DNA from: Candidatus Babeliales bacterium
GTDB lineage: Bacteria; Babelota; Babeliae; Babelales; JACPOV01
Direction of reading: 5' to 3'
DNA: 64,000 bases
NCBI GenBank assembly: GCA_036260945.1
Contig: DATALT010000002.1
Location: 731,938-795,937 of the forward strand
This document shows positions 50,443-59,373 of this stretch, piece after piece. Numbering within the stretch: position 1 is the first letter of the stretch; each line of letters opens with the position of its first letter. The notes below the pieces were generated by a model, which saw nothing but the letters and a program-made list of their open reading frames with translations, was not told the origin of the DNA and did not search any database. The position numbers and the translations under genes were made by a program.

Positions 50443-51889
50443 TGTCTGCTAATTCTTTAAGGCAAGAAACATCTATTTTTTCTTTTTCAGCGTTCATTGC
50501 AATAAAGTAAACAGGATTTGTTGTATGCGATGTTTGTTCATGGCCTGTTTCGGGATCGATCATTTGCTCTGCATTCCCGTGGTCGCCAGTGATGCAAAGA
50601 ATTCCATGAGCCTTTTTCACACCTTCCCATAGTTTTTTTAATTGATCATCGAGGCACTCGATCGCTTTAACCGTCGCGTTAAAATCTCCTGAATGACCCA
50701 CCATATCAGCATTTGCATAATTTATTAAAAAAAAGTCGTACTTGTTTTCTTGCAATACTTCCAAAGCTCTTTTTGTAATTTCGGGTGCGGACATACACGG
50801 AGCGTCAGCGTAACTGCGATAACCCAGCGATGGGATGAGCACGCGCATTTCGTTGGTTAATTTTTCTTCTTTGAGCCCATTAAAAAAATAGGTAATGTGC
50901 GCATATTTTTCAGTTTCTGCTAATGCACACGTCTTTTTTCCGCTCGCGCTCAATACTTCTTTTAAGGTGTTTTTTACTTCGAGCTGCTCAAACAAAAATG
51001 GCGTATCATTATGTTTATCATACTGCGTCATCGTTATAAAAAATGAAAGTGATACGCGTGATCGAGAAAAATGAGAAAACGATTGAGCAACAAAAGGTTC
51101 TGTTAATTGGCGCGCGCGATCTGGCCTAAAATTGAAAAAAATAAGACCATCATCCGGTTCAATAGTACGCATCGCTTTGAGTTGCGTGGGCGGTACAAAT
51201 TCATCAGAAATATTTTCTGCGTAATAATATTCAAGAGCCGCGCGCCATGATTCAAATTGAATCTCTTGAGGCTCCGTTAATATTTTATAACTTTGCTCGG
51301 TTCTATCCCAATGCTGATCTCTATCCATCGCATAAAATCTGCCATGCAGAGAACCTATCGTTCCAATGCCATTTTTTTTGCACCATATCTCTAATTCATT
51401 TAAAAAATATTCAGCAGATCGTTGGGGAACATCGCGGCCATCAAGAATTGCATGAATAACTACTCGCTCAATATTATTTTCTTTTGCTGCTTTTAGAAGC
51501 GCATAAAGATGCTTAATATCGCTATGAACTCTGCCATTTGAAACTAATCCAATTATATGGAGCTTATTTTTTTTATTGATTTTTCTGAGTGCCTTAACGA
51601 GCATTTTATTTGAAAAAAACTTACCGTTCTTGATTGCAGTATCGATCCGCACCGCATCGCTTTCAATACGTCTACCGGCTCCGATCGTAAGATGCCCAAC
51701 TTCCGAGTTACCAATCCGACCTTTGGCCAAACCAACCGCGTTTCCCGATGCGGCAAGCAATGTATGCGGATACTTTTCGAGAGCCATTTGAAAAAAAGGT
51801 TTTTCTGCATGCGCTATCGCATTTCCGTTTGTTTGTTCACTGCGCCCAAATCCATCCAGTATCACTAAAACTAAGGTTTTTTTTTCCAT
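50369..51889 (-). CDS. gpmI: 2,3-bisphosphoglycerate-independent phosphoglycerate mutase
   Basis: N-terminus LVILDGFG; full iPGM length with metal-binding blocks. Confidence 0.9.
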   Translation of the reverse strand: MEKKTLVLVILDGFGRSEQTNGNAIAHAEKPFFQMALEKYPHTLLAASGNAVGLAKGRIGNSEVGHLTIGAGRRIESDAVRIDTAIKNGKFFSNKMLVKALRKINKKNKLHIIGLVSNGRVHSDIKHLYALLKAAKENNIERVVIHAILDGRDVPQRSAEYFLNELEIWCKKNGIGTIGSLHGRFYAMDRDQHWDRTEQSYKILTEPQEIQFESWRAALEYYYAENISDEFVPPTQLKAMRTIEPDDGLIFFNFRPDRARQLTEPFVAQSFSHFSRSRVSLSFFITMTQYDKHNDTPFLFEQLEVKNTLKEVLSASGKKTCALAETEKYAHITYFFNGLKEEKLTNEMRVLIPSLGYRSYADAPCMSAPEITKRALEVLQENKYDFFLINYANADMVGHSGDFNATVKAIECLDDQLKKLWEGVKKAHGILCITGDHGNAEQMIDPETGHEQTSHTTNPVYFIAMNAEKEKIDVSCLKELADIAPWILNQMHIRLPKEMERKKIED

Positions 51890-52048
51890 ATCAAGCTCTC
51901 GTTTCTTTTTTTTATATATGGTACACTCCGCTCAACCGATAGCGTACTTTCCGATTAAATCTAATGCCAATAGTCGGAAGTTTGGAAGCTATTAATTCTT
52001 TTTTTATTCAAGCCAATTTTGAAATAATAAACTGTGGAAGGATATACG

Positions 52049-52774
52049 ATGATGCACCTCTTGTTTATTGCTTTATCTTTTTTTACCGCATGCGCTGCAA
52101 ACGATGTGATGGAGTTCGATGAACTGGATCGCGATAACATTTGTATTATTCGCCTTAAAGATCGTGCAACGCAAGAACCATGCATCTGCGTACTTGAGCC
52201 TAATGCATTAAACACAGAAAGCGTTAACATTGCGCGTGAGCAATGCTCAACAAGTTGTGCATTGTGGGATTTCTATGCTCGTTCACCTCGGGAAAATACA
52301 TGCAATCGCCTAACGCACCGATCCGATAATGAATCCAATCAGATCATTCTTTCTATAGAATTTTCCAAAAATACAGCGAATATAGCGGTTTCTCTTGATA
52401 ATTCTTTGGAATTTGAAGACGCGATCATTGTATCGTTGGAAACTATCGCTTCTTTAATTGATGATGCAGTGACTCTTGCTATGCAAAGCCAATCAACAAA
52501 TGCCGCTCAAGACCCTGAAGATCCAGAGCCAACCGAAACCGGCACGGGCACTGGACAAATCCAAGCCCCATACTCAGAATTTGAAGCGTATCCGGATGAA
52601 ATTCCGGCAGTTATTAAACGCAGCGGAGCTACCTATACCGATTATGCTCGGCAAGCATACGCGCTCGCACTTTACCATTATTATTTATTAGCTGATTTTC
52701 TGGATAGCTCTCTCAACAATGTAAAAGCTTATTTTTCGCCAAATCGTTCATATGAAAAAAATTACAACCGATAA
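52049..52774 (+). CDS. hypothetical acidic secreted/lipoprotein
   Basis: GGAAGGA Shine-Dalgarno plus ATG at 52049; FTAC lipobox-like; PEDPEPTETGTGTG linker. Confidence 0.4.
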   Translation: MMHLLFIALSFFTACAANDVMEFDELDRDNICIIRLKDRATQEPCICVLEPNALNTESVNIAREQCSTSCALWDFYARSPRENTCNRLTHRSDNESNQIILSIEFSKNTANIAVSLDNSLEFEDAIIVSLETIASLIDDAVTLAMQSQSTNAAQDPEDPEPTETGTGTGQIQAPYSEFEAYPDEIPAVIKRSGATYTDYARQAYALALYHYYLLADFLDSSLNNVKAYFSPNRSYEKNYNR

Positions 52775-53516
52775 ACATTTTTTTGCTCTTTATTATCCCC
52801 ATGCACAGCGGCATGCAAAATCTTCATTCATCATTACCGATGAATTGATGATTCATCGAGTTGTTCGCGTTCTTCGCTTTGAAAAGAATGATGAATTTAT
52901 CTTATTTGATAAAGAACTTCGTAGCATCGTTATACTTACCGCTGTAGATAAACATTCCATTACCGTACAAGTTTTAGATACTCAAGAAAACATTCAACTC
53001 ACCCCAACGATTACGGTGCTTATTCCCGTCTTAAAGCGAGAAGCGCTCGAAGAAGCGATATACAATGCTGTGGAATGTGGAGCAAATGAAATCCAATTAA
53101 TGATAACCGAAAAAACGCAGCGGGCATGGGGCGGTGCAAAAGAACAAGAGCGATTAGAAAAAATTATTATCGCTGCATCTGAGCAAGCAAAACATTTTAC
53201 GCTTGCTGGTCTCAAAGCGCCAAAAGCGTTCAATGAACTTTTGCAAAGCACAAAAAAAGAACCGTTTATTTTTTTTGACGCCCAAGGAGAGCACCTTTCT
53301 CAAACGATAAAAACATTGCATGGGCAAAAGCACACCCATTTGCGTTTAATGTTTGGGCCTGAGGCAGATCTTTCTTTAGCTGAAAAAGAAACACTCAAAA
53401 AACATAACGCTTTTTGTACTAAACTCACATCTACCATTTTGCGTGCACCCCAAGCGGTTGCCGTTGGAGTTGGCGCTATTCGTTCCCTTTTAACACATGA
53501 TGATAGTGCTCAATAA
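52752..53516 (+). CDS. rsmE: 16S rRNA (uracil1498-N3)-methyltransferase RsmE
   Basis: RsmE-family length and blocks (PUA-like N-terminus, SPOUT C-terminus). Confidence 0.7.
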   Translation: MKKITTDKHFFALYYPHAQRHAKSSFIITDELMIHRVVRVLRFEKNDEFILFDKELRSIVILTAVDKHSITVQVLDTQENIQLTPTITVLIPVLKREALEEAIYNAVECGANEIQLMITEKTQRAWGGAKEQERLEKIIIAASEQAKHFTLAGLKAPKAFNELLQSTKKEPFIFFDAQGEHLSQTIKTLHGQKHTHLRLMFGPEADLSLAEKETLKKHNAFCTKLTSTILRAPQAVAVGVGAIRSLLTHDDSAQ

Positions 53517-54624
53517 GCTGAGCAATGCATTTTTCTGCACGATAATTTTGTGCAGTTTGAACTGCTCCTTGCGATAGTTTTTGATGCAAATGGTTATCGG
53601 ACGCTAAGGTTTCTAGTTTTGTTTTCATTTCATCGATATTTGCAACTAAAAATCCATTAACCATCGATTGTACAATATCGCGCGAGCCGGGAGCATCAAC
53701 CGCAATAACCGGCAACCCATTTGCCATCGCTTCTGCTAGCACGAGGCCCTGCGTTTCTGTTTTTGATGCAAATATAAACGCATCTGCTGAGCGATATTCA
53801 TGCGAAAGAATTTCTTGCGCCGGCTTTTCTATAAATCGCACTTCATTTGGACTAAATTTACAAAATCCGTATGCATATTTTTGCAATTCATTATACAAAG
53901 ATCCGTAGCCTATCAAGGTTAATTCAAATTTATTGATATCAAGCAATCGCATTGTATCGAGCAAGAAAAATAAATTTTTTTCAGTAACAAATCGAGAAAC
54001 TGTGAGCATTCGAAACCTTTTATTGTTTTTTACATGCTCGCTTGAAAAGAAATGATCCCTTATTGGAGTCGGAATAACGGTGATCGATTTTCTAATGCCG
54101 ACATCTTCCAATTGTTTTTTTATAGACGAACTGGGCGCAATAAGAAGATCGGTACGCGCACAAAAACGCTGCACTAAATAGGTGATAGTTTTTGTCGTTA
54201 CCGGTTGCGGTAGAAGTGGTACGTAATGCGCATACTCTTCGTATTGCGTGTGATAAGTAAATATAAGCGGTATCTTATTTTTATAAGCTAATTGTTGCGC
54301 AACATCCCCCAAGAGAAACGGATGATGCACGTGGATTATATCGGGGCGAAATTCTGCTATCAGCTTTTTCATAAAGGCGTTAATTCTCCAGGGAACCGCC
54401 ATATGATTGCCTTTGTGTAAGAAAGTGATCGCCGATGGAATTCTGATCACATACGATTCATCTTTGCATGGAACACCAAAATCGAGCGTTATGAGCCGAA
54501 CTTCATGGCCTCGCCCCATCAATTCTTCAATTAATATTGTAAGCGCACTCACAACACCGCCGCTATACGGCTTAAAATTATTTGAAACAAAAAGAATTTT
54601 TAATTGTCTCTGATCTTCGAGCAT
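53476..54624 (-). CDS. family 4 glycosyltransferase
   Basis: GT4 EX7E-type C-terminal domain (FASKTETQGLVLAEAMANGLPVIA). Confidence 0.8.
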   Translation of the reverse strand: MLEDQRQLKILFVSNNFKPYSGGVVSALTILIEELMGRGHEVRLITLDFGVPCKDESYVIRIPSAITFLHKGNHMAVPWRINAFMKKLIAEFRPDIIHVHHPFLLGDVAQQLAYKNKIPLIFTYHTQYEEYAHYVPLLPQPVTTKTITYLVQRFCARTDLLIAPSSSIKKQLEDVGIRKSITVIPTPIRDHFFSSEHVKNNKRFRMLTVSRFVTEKNLFFLLDTMRLLDINKFELTLIGYGSLYNELQKYAYGFCKFSPNEVRFIEKPAQEILSHEYRSADAFIFASKTETQGLVLAEAMANGLPVIAVDAPGSRDIVQSMVNGFLVANIDEMKTKLETLASDNHLHQKLSQGAVQTAQNYRAEKCIAQLIEHYHHVLKGNE

Positions 54625-54744
54625 GCATTATTCCAGTACGGTTATGTACGAATATAATTTCAGTGTATCTAGAATACGCTCTACCGCCAATTAGAAAAAA
54701 TTAATAACAAATCAAATCTCTCTTTTAAATACTGGGGTCCCTGG

Positions 54745-54766
54745 AAAAACTTGATCAAGTTTTTCT
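54745..54766. promoter_or_regulatory. perfect 22-bp palindrome GAAAAACTTGATCAAGTTTTTC (operator-like), about 120 bp upstream of the GT4 gene
   Basis: Exact dyad symmetry centred on GATC; extends imperfectly to about 30 bp. Confidence 0.35.
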
Positions 54767-54778
54767 GGGGTAAAAAGA

Positions 54779-54809
54779 AGGGCGAGTGGAGTGTCCCGCC
54801 TCGCCCTTA
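54779..54809 (-). terminator. GC-rich hairpin downstream of the RGG-protein gene
   Basis: AAGGGCGAG-13nt-CTCGCCCTT; on the minus strand it is followed by CTTTTTAC. Confidence 0.5.
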
Positions 54810-54831
54810 TGATGGAGTAGAGTGTGTTCTT

Positions 54832-55836
54832 TTAATATGCTCTACCGCTTGTTGTTGCTACGGGTTGCTTGATCGTCATTGCTGGATTATCTCTTTGTGC
54901 CGGCTGCGATACATTCATCATGCCACTCTGATCTATTTGGCTTGATATATCAGCAGGCATATTTTTTTGTAAACCTGATAAGTGCAATTGTACTTTTGAA
55001 ATTCGGTCATCAAGCTTATCTATTTGGCCTTTGAGTTTTTGCGCTTGCGCACTGTTTTTATCTGCAATTGCATCATATTGAGTATGTAAAGCATCCATAT
55101 GCTGACCATAATCATCACGAAGTTTTTTCAATTGTGTTTGAACGTCATCCCATTTTTTATCTTGTGCAAGCTGATCCAACGCCATTGGATCCATTCCTGG
55201 CTCTATTTCTTCATCAACTAAATCGTATCCCCAATATGGATAGTAATCGTTGTACACAACACTAACCGCTTGTTGAGGAATTGCGTAATCATACCAAAGT
55301 GCTAATGCGCCTAAACCGAGAAGTCCTGCGCCCCATCCCCATGCCCATGGAGAAAGGCCCCAACCCCAGCCCCAGCCGCCCCACCAGCCGTTGCCCCAAC
55401 CGTGGTTACGCCAGCCATGATTTCCATGATGCGCAAATGAACGATTTCCTCGTGCGCCACGACCAGCACCCCTGCCTCTACCCATTCCACGCGCGCCACG
55501 CCCTGCACCTCTACCTGCAGCTCCTCTGCCCATTCCGCGAGCCCCCCCGCGACCCATACCTCGAGCGCCAGTTCGCGATATTCCGCGTCCGCCACCGGTT
55601 CGCGCCATCCCGCGGCCTCCACCAGTGCGAGCCATACCTCGTCCGCCACCGCGCCCCATACCGCCACGGCTCATTGATCTACCACCGCCACCGCGACTCA
55701 TGCCTCTACCACCGCCGCCACGTCCACCGCCTCCGCGGCCACCACCACCGTGGCCACCACCACCGCGAGCATCAAGCATATCAACAGCCATTACGCTGAT
55801 GATTGCTACGAGCACTATCGCCAAAAATTTCTTCAT
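54832..55836 (-). CDS. secreted low-complexity protein with RGG/GGGR repeats and a Trp-Gly-rich segment
   Basis: Signal peptide; about 25 degenerate GGGR(G/M) repeats; HGWRNHGWGNGWWGGWGWGWG block; C-terminal coiled-coil. Confidence 0.6.
   Translation of the reverse strand: MKKFLAIVLVAIISVMAVDMLDARGGGGHGGGGRGGGGRGGGGRGMSRGGGGRSMSRGGMGRGGGRGMARTGGGRGMARTGGGRGISRTGARGMGRGGARGMGRGAAGRGAGRGARGMGRGRGAGRGARGNRSFAHHGNHGWRNHGWGNGWWGGWGWGWGLSPWAWGWGAGLLGLGALALWYDYAIPQQAVSVVYNDYYPYWGYDLVDEEIEPGMDPMALDQLAQDKKWDDVQTQLKKLRDDYGQHMDALHTQYDAIADKNSAQAQKLKGQIDKLDDRISKVQLHLSGLQKNMPADISSQIDQSGMMNVSQPAQRDNPAMTIKQPVATTSGRAY
55300..55770. repeat. GC-rich degenerate tandem repeat (CCACCGCC-like units) encoding the RGG repeats
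   Basis: Local GC island in an AT-rich genome; all alternative-frame ORFs across it are repeat artifacts. Confidence 0.7.
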
Positions 55837-56080
55837 CCTACTCTCCTTTTTTTGCGCACTTCGCGCATGTATACTTATGATTATTTTACTATTTGCAATT
55901 AAAACAACGCAATTAATTTTATCATTTGTGCTTATTAACCTTATTTTTCCGCATTTTTTAAGGTATGCGTGAAAAATTTATCTGTAAAAGAGAAACAGGA
56001 AAAACAAAAATTCTTCTATCGCTATAATGAATAAAAATGATGTAGTTTGAATAGCGAAAAACAAATGAAGGAGAAAAAAA

Positions 56081-56710
56081 ATGCGTACAATTAAAGCTTT
56101 TTTGGTAATTGCGCTCATTGCACAACCATTGCAAGCAAAACTTCTCAATTTTGAAAACCAAACTACAGCACAAAAAATTGCATTGGGTGCTGGAACTTTG
56201 GGCTATTTAGGATATCTGGGATATAAATATTATTCTTGCAAAAAAGAAGTCGCAGAAAATAAACACCTTATTAAACAACATGAAGGAAAAGGCACAGTTC
56301 CTGTACCAAAAAAAATTGAAGAAATGTTTGAAGCGAAGAACTTAGCATCATTAGCAAAAAATCCTAACCGCGAATACCGCTGGAAACCTCAAGTGGAACG
56401 AATCCAAACAGAAAAACGCAAGTTCGTTCCGGGTTGCCTCACTCATATAACAAGATCGCTATGTCATCCATTTGTTGTTGAAAATCTATACATTACAGTA
56501 AGTGAAAAAGATCCCGCGCAACTATTAATAAAGTCAAATTCACAGGGTGAAGACAGTGATGCAAGCGCCATAGAAGATTATGGACAAAACCGCGTTTCAT
56601 TGCACGATTCAAAATTCAAAGTCAACGGATGGAAAGCGGCGGTTTTAATTCAAGCATCTATTGGATTGGGATTATTATGCCAACAAGCGGTACGTTTAAT
56701 GGGTAAATAA
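56081..56710 (+). CDS. secreted/membrane protein, paralog 1 of a 5-gene tandem family (bilobed N-terminal hydrophobic domain plus C-terminal anchor)
   Basis: GAAGGAG Shine-Dalgarno; signal peptide then IALGAGTLGYLGYLGY; C-terminus AAVLIQASIGLGLLCQQAVRLMGK. Confidence 0.55.
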   Translation: MRTIKAFLVIALIAQPLQAKLLNFENQTTAQKIALGAGTLGYLGYLGYKYYSCKKEVAENKHLIKQHEGKGTVPVPKKIEEMFEAKNLASLAKNPNREYRWKPQVERIQTEKRKFVPGCLTHITRSLCHPFVVENLYITVSEKDPAQLLIKSNSQGEDSDASAIEDYGQNRVSLHDSKFKVNGWKAAVLIQASIGLGLLCQQAVRLMGK

Positions 56711-56822
56711 ATGAAAAGCTAACGCTTGTTTAACAGTTTCTAGTAAACGCATGTATTTATTTAAAAATTGTTACAGATTGCTATACTGAATCGGCTTTAA
56801 CAATTTTTAATGAGAGATTTTT

Positions 56823-57293
56823 ATGAAAAACTTTATGCGCATCTCGGCGCTCTTAATGGTTCTTACTTTGCCGATACACGAATCGATCGCAGAGCAACAA
56901 TATGGGTTTAGCGCTGATTCTTTCTCGAATGCAAAAAAAATTGCTGCCACCGCTGGCATCGTTTTTGGAATTGGATTTACTGCATATCAGCGCCATAGAG
57001 CAAAACAATTTATACAAAGTGAAAAAAATAATAAGAATGTCGATAGATCGCACACACTTAAAACTATCTACGCAACTCTCGGCAGCGTCACCAGCGCCAC
57101 GAAAGATCATTCATTCTTCCCCTGGCAAGTTCAAACGTCAAAATTTATTGTATGTAAAAATGGCTCGGAAGACGAAATTCACGTACTTACGCCACAATTT
57201 GGTCCGTTAGTGGGATCTCTGCCAAAAGCACTCTTTACGGTTGGCGCATTTGCACTAATCGGATCGCAAATGCTGCGCTCTCCTGGTAAATAA
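56823..57293 (+). CDS. paralog 2 of the tandem family
   Basis: Signal peptide then IAATAGIVFGIGF; C-terminal FTVGAFALIGSQMLRSPGK. Confidence 0.55.
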   Translation: MKNFMRISALLMVLTLPIHESIAEQQYGFSADSFSNAKKIAATAGIVFGIGFTAYQRHRAKQFIQSEKNNKNVDRSHTLKTIYATLGSVTSATKDHSFFPWQVQTSKFIVCKNGSEDEIHVLTPQFGPLVGSLPKALFTVGAFALIGSQMLRSPGK

Positions 57294-57359
57294 TTTTTCT
57301 AAGAGTTTTATTTAAGGGATCGCTCAATTGCGGTCCCTTCCTTTTAAGGAGACCTCAAA

Positions 57360-57914
57360 GTGAAAATTCGTACATTGCGTATAGTTTTAATAATGTCGCT
57401 TTACTGCATTCCAGCATCAGTTATTAGTGCACCGGTCATTAATGCGATCGACTCAAAGACAATAAGCCTTTTTTCAGTCGGGGCAGCGACCGGCTTGCTT
57501 ATCTCGCTTTTTCATCGCGATTGGGTGCTTGATAAAGTCGCACAAATTAATCAGATGCACGGCTCTGGTGATTTATGCGATTCGACGCTTTGGAGTCCAT
57601 TCTCGTTTAACGGGATCGATGATACGGTAATGGGCAAACCATTCGCGAAATCTTCAGAAGAAACTCGCGTGGAAGAGCAATTTCAATACAACTTAATCAG
57701 TGATAGAGTTCACTTTCCAACCCTCATGTCGACTCGCCATACAGTAACTAACGATTATTTAGTTAAAAAAGATAAGAGAGGTAAAAAATTTGCAATTAAA
57801 ACTCATACGAGTTTTCATACAGTTGAAGTTGGCAGCATTTATCCTTACATCTTTGGAACCGCACTCATAACCCTTGGCACTGGTTATGCATTCACGCTTT
57901 TAAATAAAAAATAA
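57360..57914 (+). CDS. paralog 3 of the tandem family
   Basis: GTG start; signal peptide then FSVGAATGLLISL; C-terminal FGTALITLGTGYAFTLLNKK. Confidence 0.5.
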   Translation: MKIRTLRIVLIMSLYCIPASVISAPVINAIDSKTISLFSVGAATGLLISLFHRDWVLDKVAQINQMHGSGDLCDSTLWSPFSFNGIDDTVMGKPFAKSSEETRVEEQFQYNLISDRVHFPTLMSTRHTVTNDYLVKKDKRGKKFAIKTHTSFHTVEVGSIYPYIFGTALITLGTGYAFTLLNKK

Positions 57915-57924
57915 ATCGACCACA

Positions 57925-58473
57925 ATGAATTATTCTTCTGGCATCTTAGTATTGCTCTTATTATTTTCTCAAAATGCTATTCAGTCATTTGATCAAAAAA
58001 ATTTGTATGCTGCAGCTGGAATCGGTGCACTCACTTTAGTAGGAGTGCAATGGTGTTATTTGCATCAAGTTTCAAAAAAAATAGTTCATGAAAAAAGAAT
58101 CCCTTTTATCTTGGAAAAAGAAGATTCATTAAAAGATTATTTACAACCATATTGCCCTATCTTTTCAAGCACGCTTAAAAATCAAATTGAGCCAGAGGAG
58201 TTAAATAAAAAAAAGAATGGCGAAACAATTGAATCAACAATTATCTTCAAAAAATATAAATTCCCTTTTTTGTTTTACATAGAAAATAATCTCACTTTGG
58301 AGTACACCATTCAAGGTGCGGAAAATCTATTTTCGGAGAATAAAATCGATCTGGGAAAGATTAAAAAGCATACCGCACAAGTAAAACCTGTTTTTTATAC
58401 GGTTCCATTATTGAGTTTTTTTGCCGGATGGATGGGCGCACGAATAACGCAATCGCATCCAAAAAAAATCTAG
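57925..58473 (+). CDS. paralog 4 of the tandem family
   Basis: Signal peptide then YAAAGIGALTLVGV; C-terminal LLSFFAGWMGARITQSHPKKI. Confidence 0.55.
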   Translation: MNYSSGILVLLLLFSQNAIQSFDQKNLYAAAGIGALTLVGVQWCYLHQVSKKIVHEKRIPFILEKEDSLKDYLQPYCPIFSSTLKNQIEPEELNKKKNGETIESTIIFKKYKFPFLFYIENNLTLEYTIQGAENLFSENKIDLGKIKKHTAQVKPVFYTVPLLSFFAGWMGARITQSHPKKI

Positions 58474-58659
58474 AATTATATTTATTCAACTCACCTGAAG
58501 AACCGGTGTTCACCAATCAATCTTTTTATCTTCGACAATATTGCTACCTATGTATAAAAAATTACCCCTTTGGTTTATTTTTTCAGATTGACATTTAAAT
58601 CAATTATGGCAAACTAGTTAATATAACACCAAAAATCAATAGTTATCGAGGAGAAATTT

Positions 58660-59325
58660 ATGTTTAAATCTAAAAAATTAGCGATAATGCTTATGCTGCT
58701 AACGTTGCACCTAGCAATAAGCTCGAAATCTAATGCGGCCAGCGATGTATCAACATTCGCTTTAGGAACTGGCGTGGGAGCAGCTCTAGTTGGCTTTAAC
58801 TGGCTTCAAACTAACGTTTATTCTTATTTGATTAACAAATACAACCAAGAAAATGCTCCCCTAGCACCACAAGATATACAAGAACAAATAAGACGTACTG
58901 CAAGCAATAATTATCAAGCTTTCGAGCAGGATGTAAAAAAAACGCCAATACACTTAAGCGCTATTACCCTAGATCAGATTAATACACAAAAAACAACAAT
59001 CGCAAATCAATTCTATATCGGTCACAATGAGCACTCACAACAGTTTAAAGCTCAGGAAATGAAAAATCCCGTCTCGTTAACGGTGCCTGAAGATAGAGTG
59101 ACCTCTTTCTTCCCTTATATTTTTAAAGCTGATTCACACTTAAATATATCTTACTCAGTAAATAATGATGATAAGTATATTTATTCAACTCCCACCGCCG
59201 TAACATCGCACACCGCTCAAGTTGGCGTAAGTTCTCACGCTTATTTGAAAACGTTTGGTGTTTGCTGCGTATCAGGATTAATGGCTCTTGGGACAAAAAA
59301 AGCAATTGAATATTTTACACGATAA
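58660..59325 (+). CDS. paralog 5 of the tandem family
   Basis: Signal peptide then FALGTGVGAALVGF; C-terminal GVCCVSGLMALGTKKAIEYFTR. Confidence 0.55.
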   Translation: MFKSKKLAIMLMLLTLHLAISSKSNAASDVSTFALGTGVGAALVGFNWLQTNVYSYLINKYNQENAPLAPQDIQEQIRRTASNNYQAFEQDVKKTPIHLSAITLDQINTQKTTIANQFYIGHNEHSQQFKAQEMKNPVSLTVPEDRVTSFFPYIFKADSHLNISYSVNNDDKYIYSTPTAVTSHTAQVGVSSHAYLKTFGVCCVSGLMALGTKKAIEYFTR

Positions 59326-59342
59326 ATTTATCATTACGGTAT

Positions 59343-59373
59343 GAGGCATCTAAGAAAAGATGCCTCTTTTTTT
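59343..59373. terminator. strong intrinsic terminator after the paralog array (shared with the convergent transaldolase gene)
   Basis: GAGGCATCT-6nt-AGATGCCTC followed by TTTTTTT. Confidence 0.7.

Noticed and set aside
55068-55972. Plus- and minus-strand alternative-frame ORFs (55281-55799 plus, 55311-55667 minus, 55625-55972 plus) over the GC-rich repeat
   Set aside because: Alternate-frame readings of the RGG-encoding tandem repeat (Pro/Arg/His-rich). Only the minus-strand frame with a signal peptide is credible.
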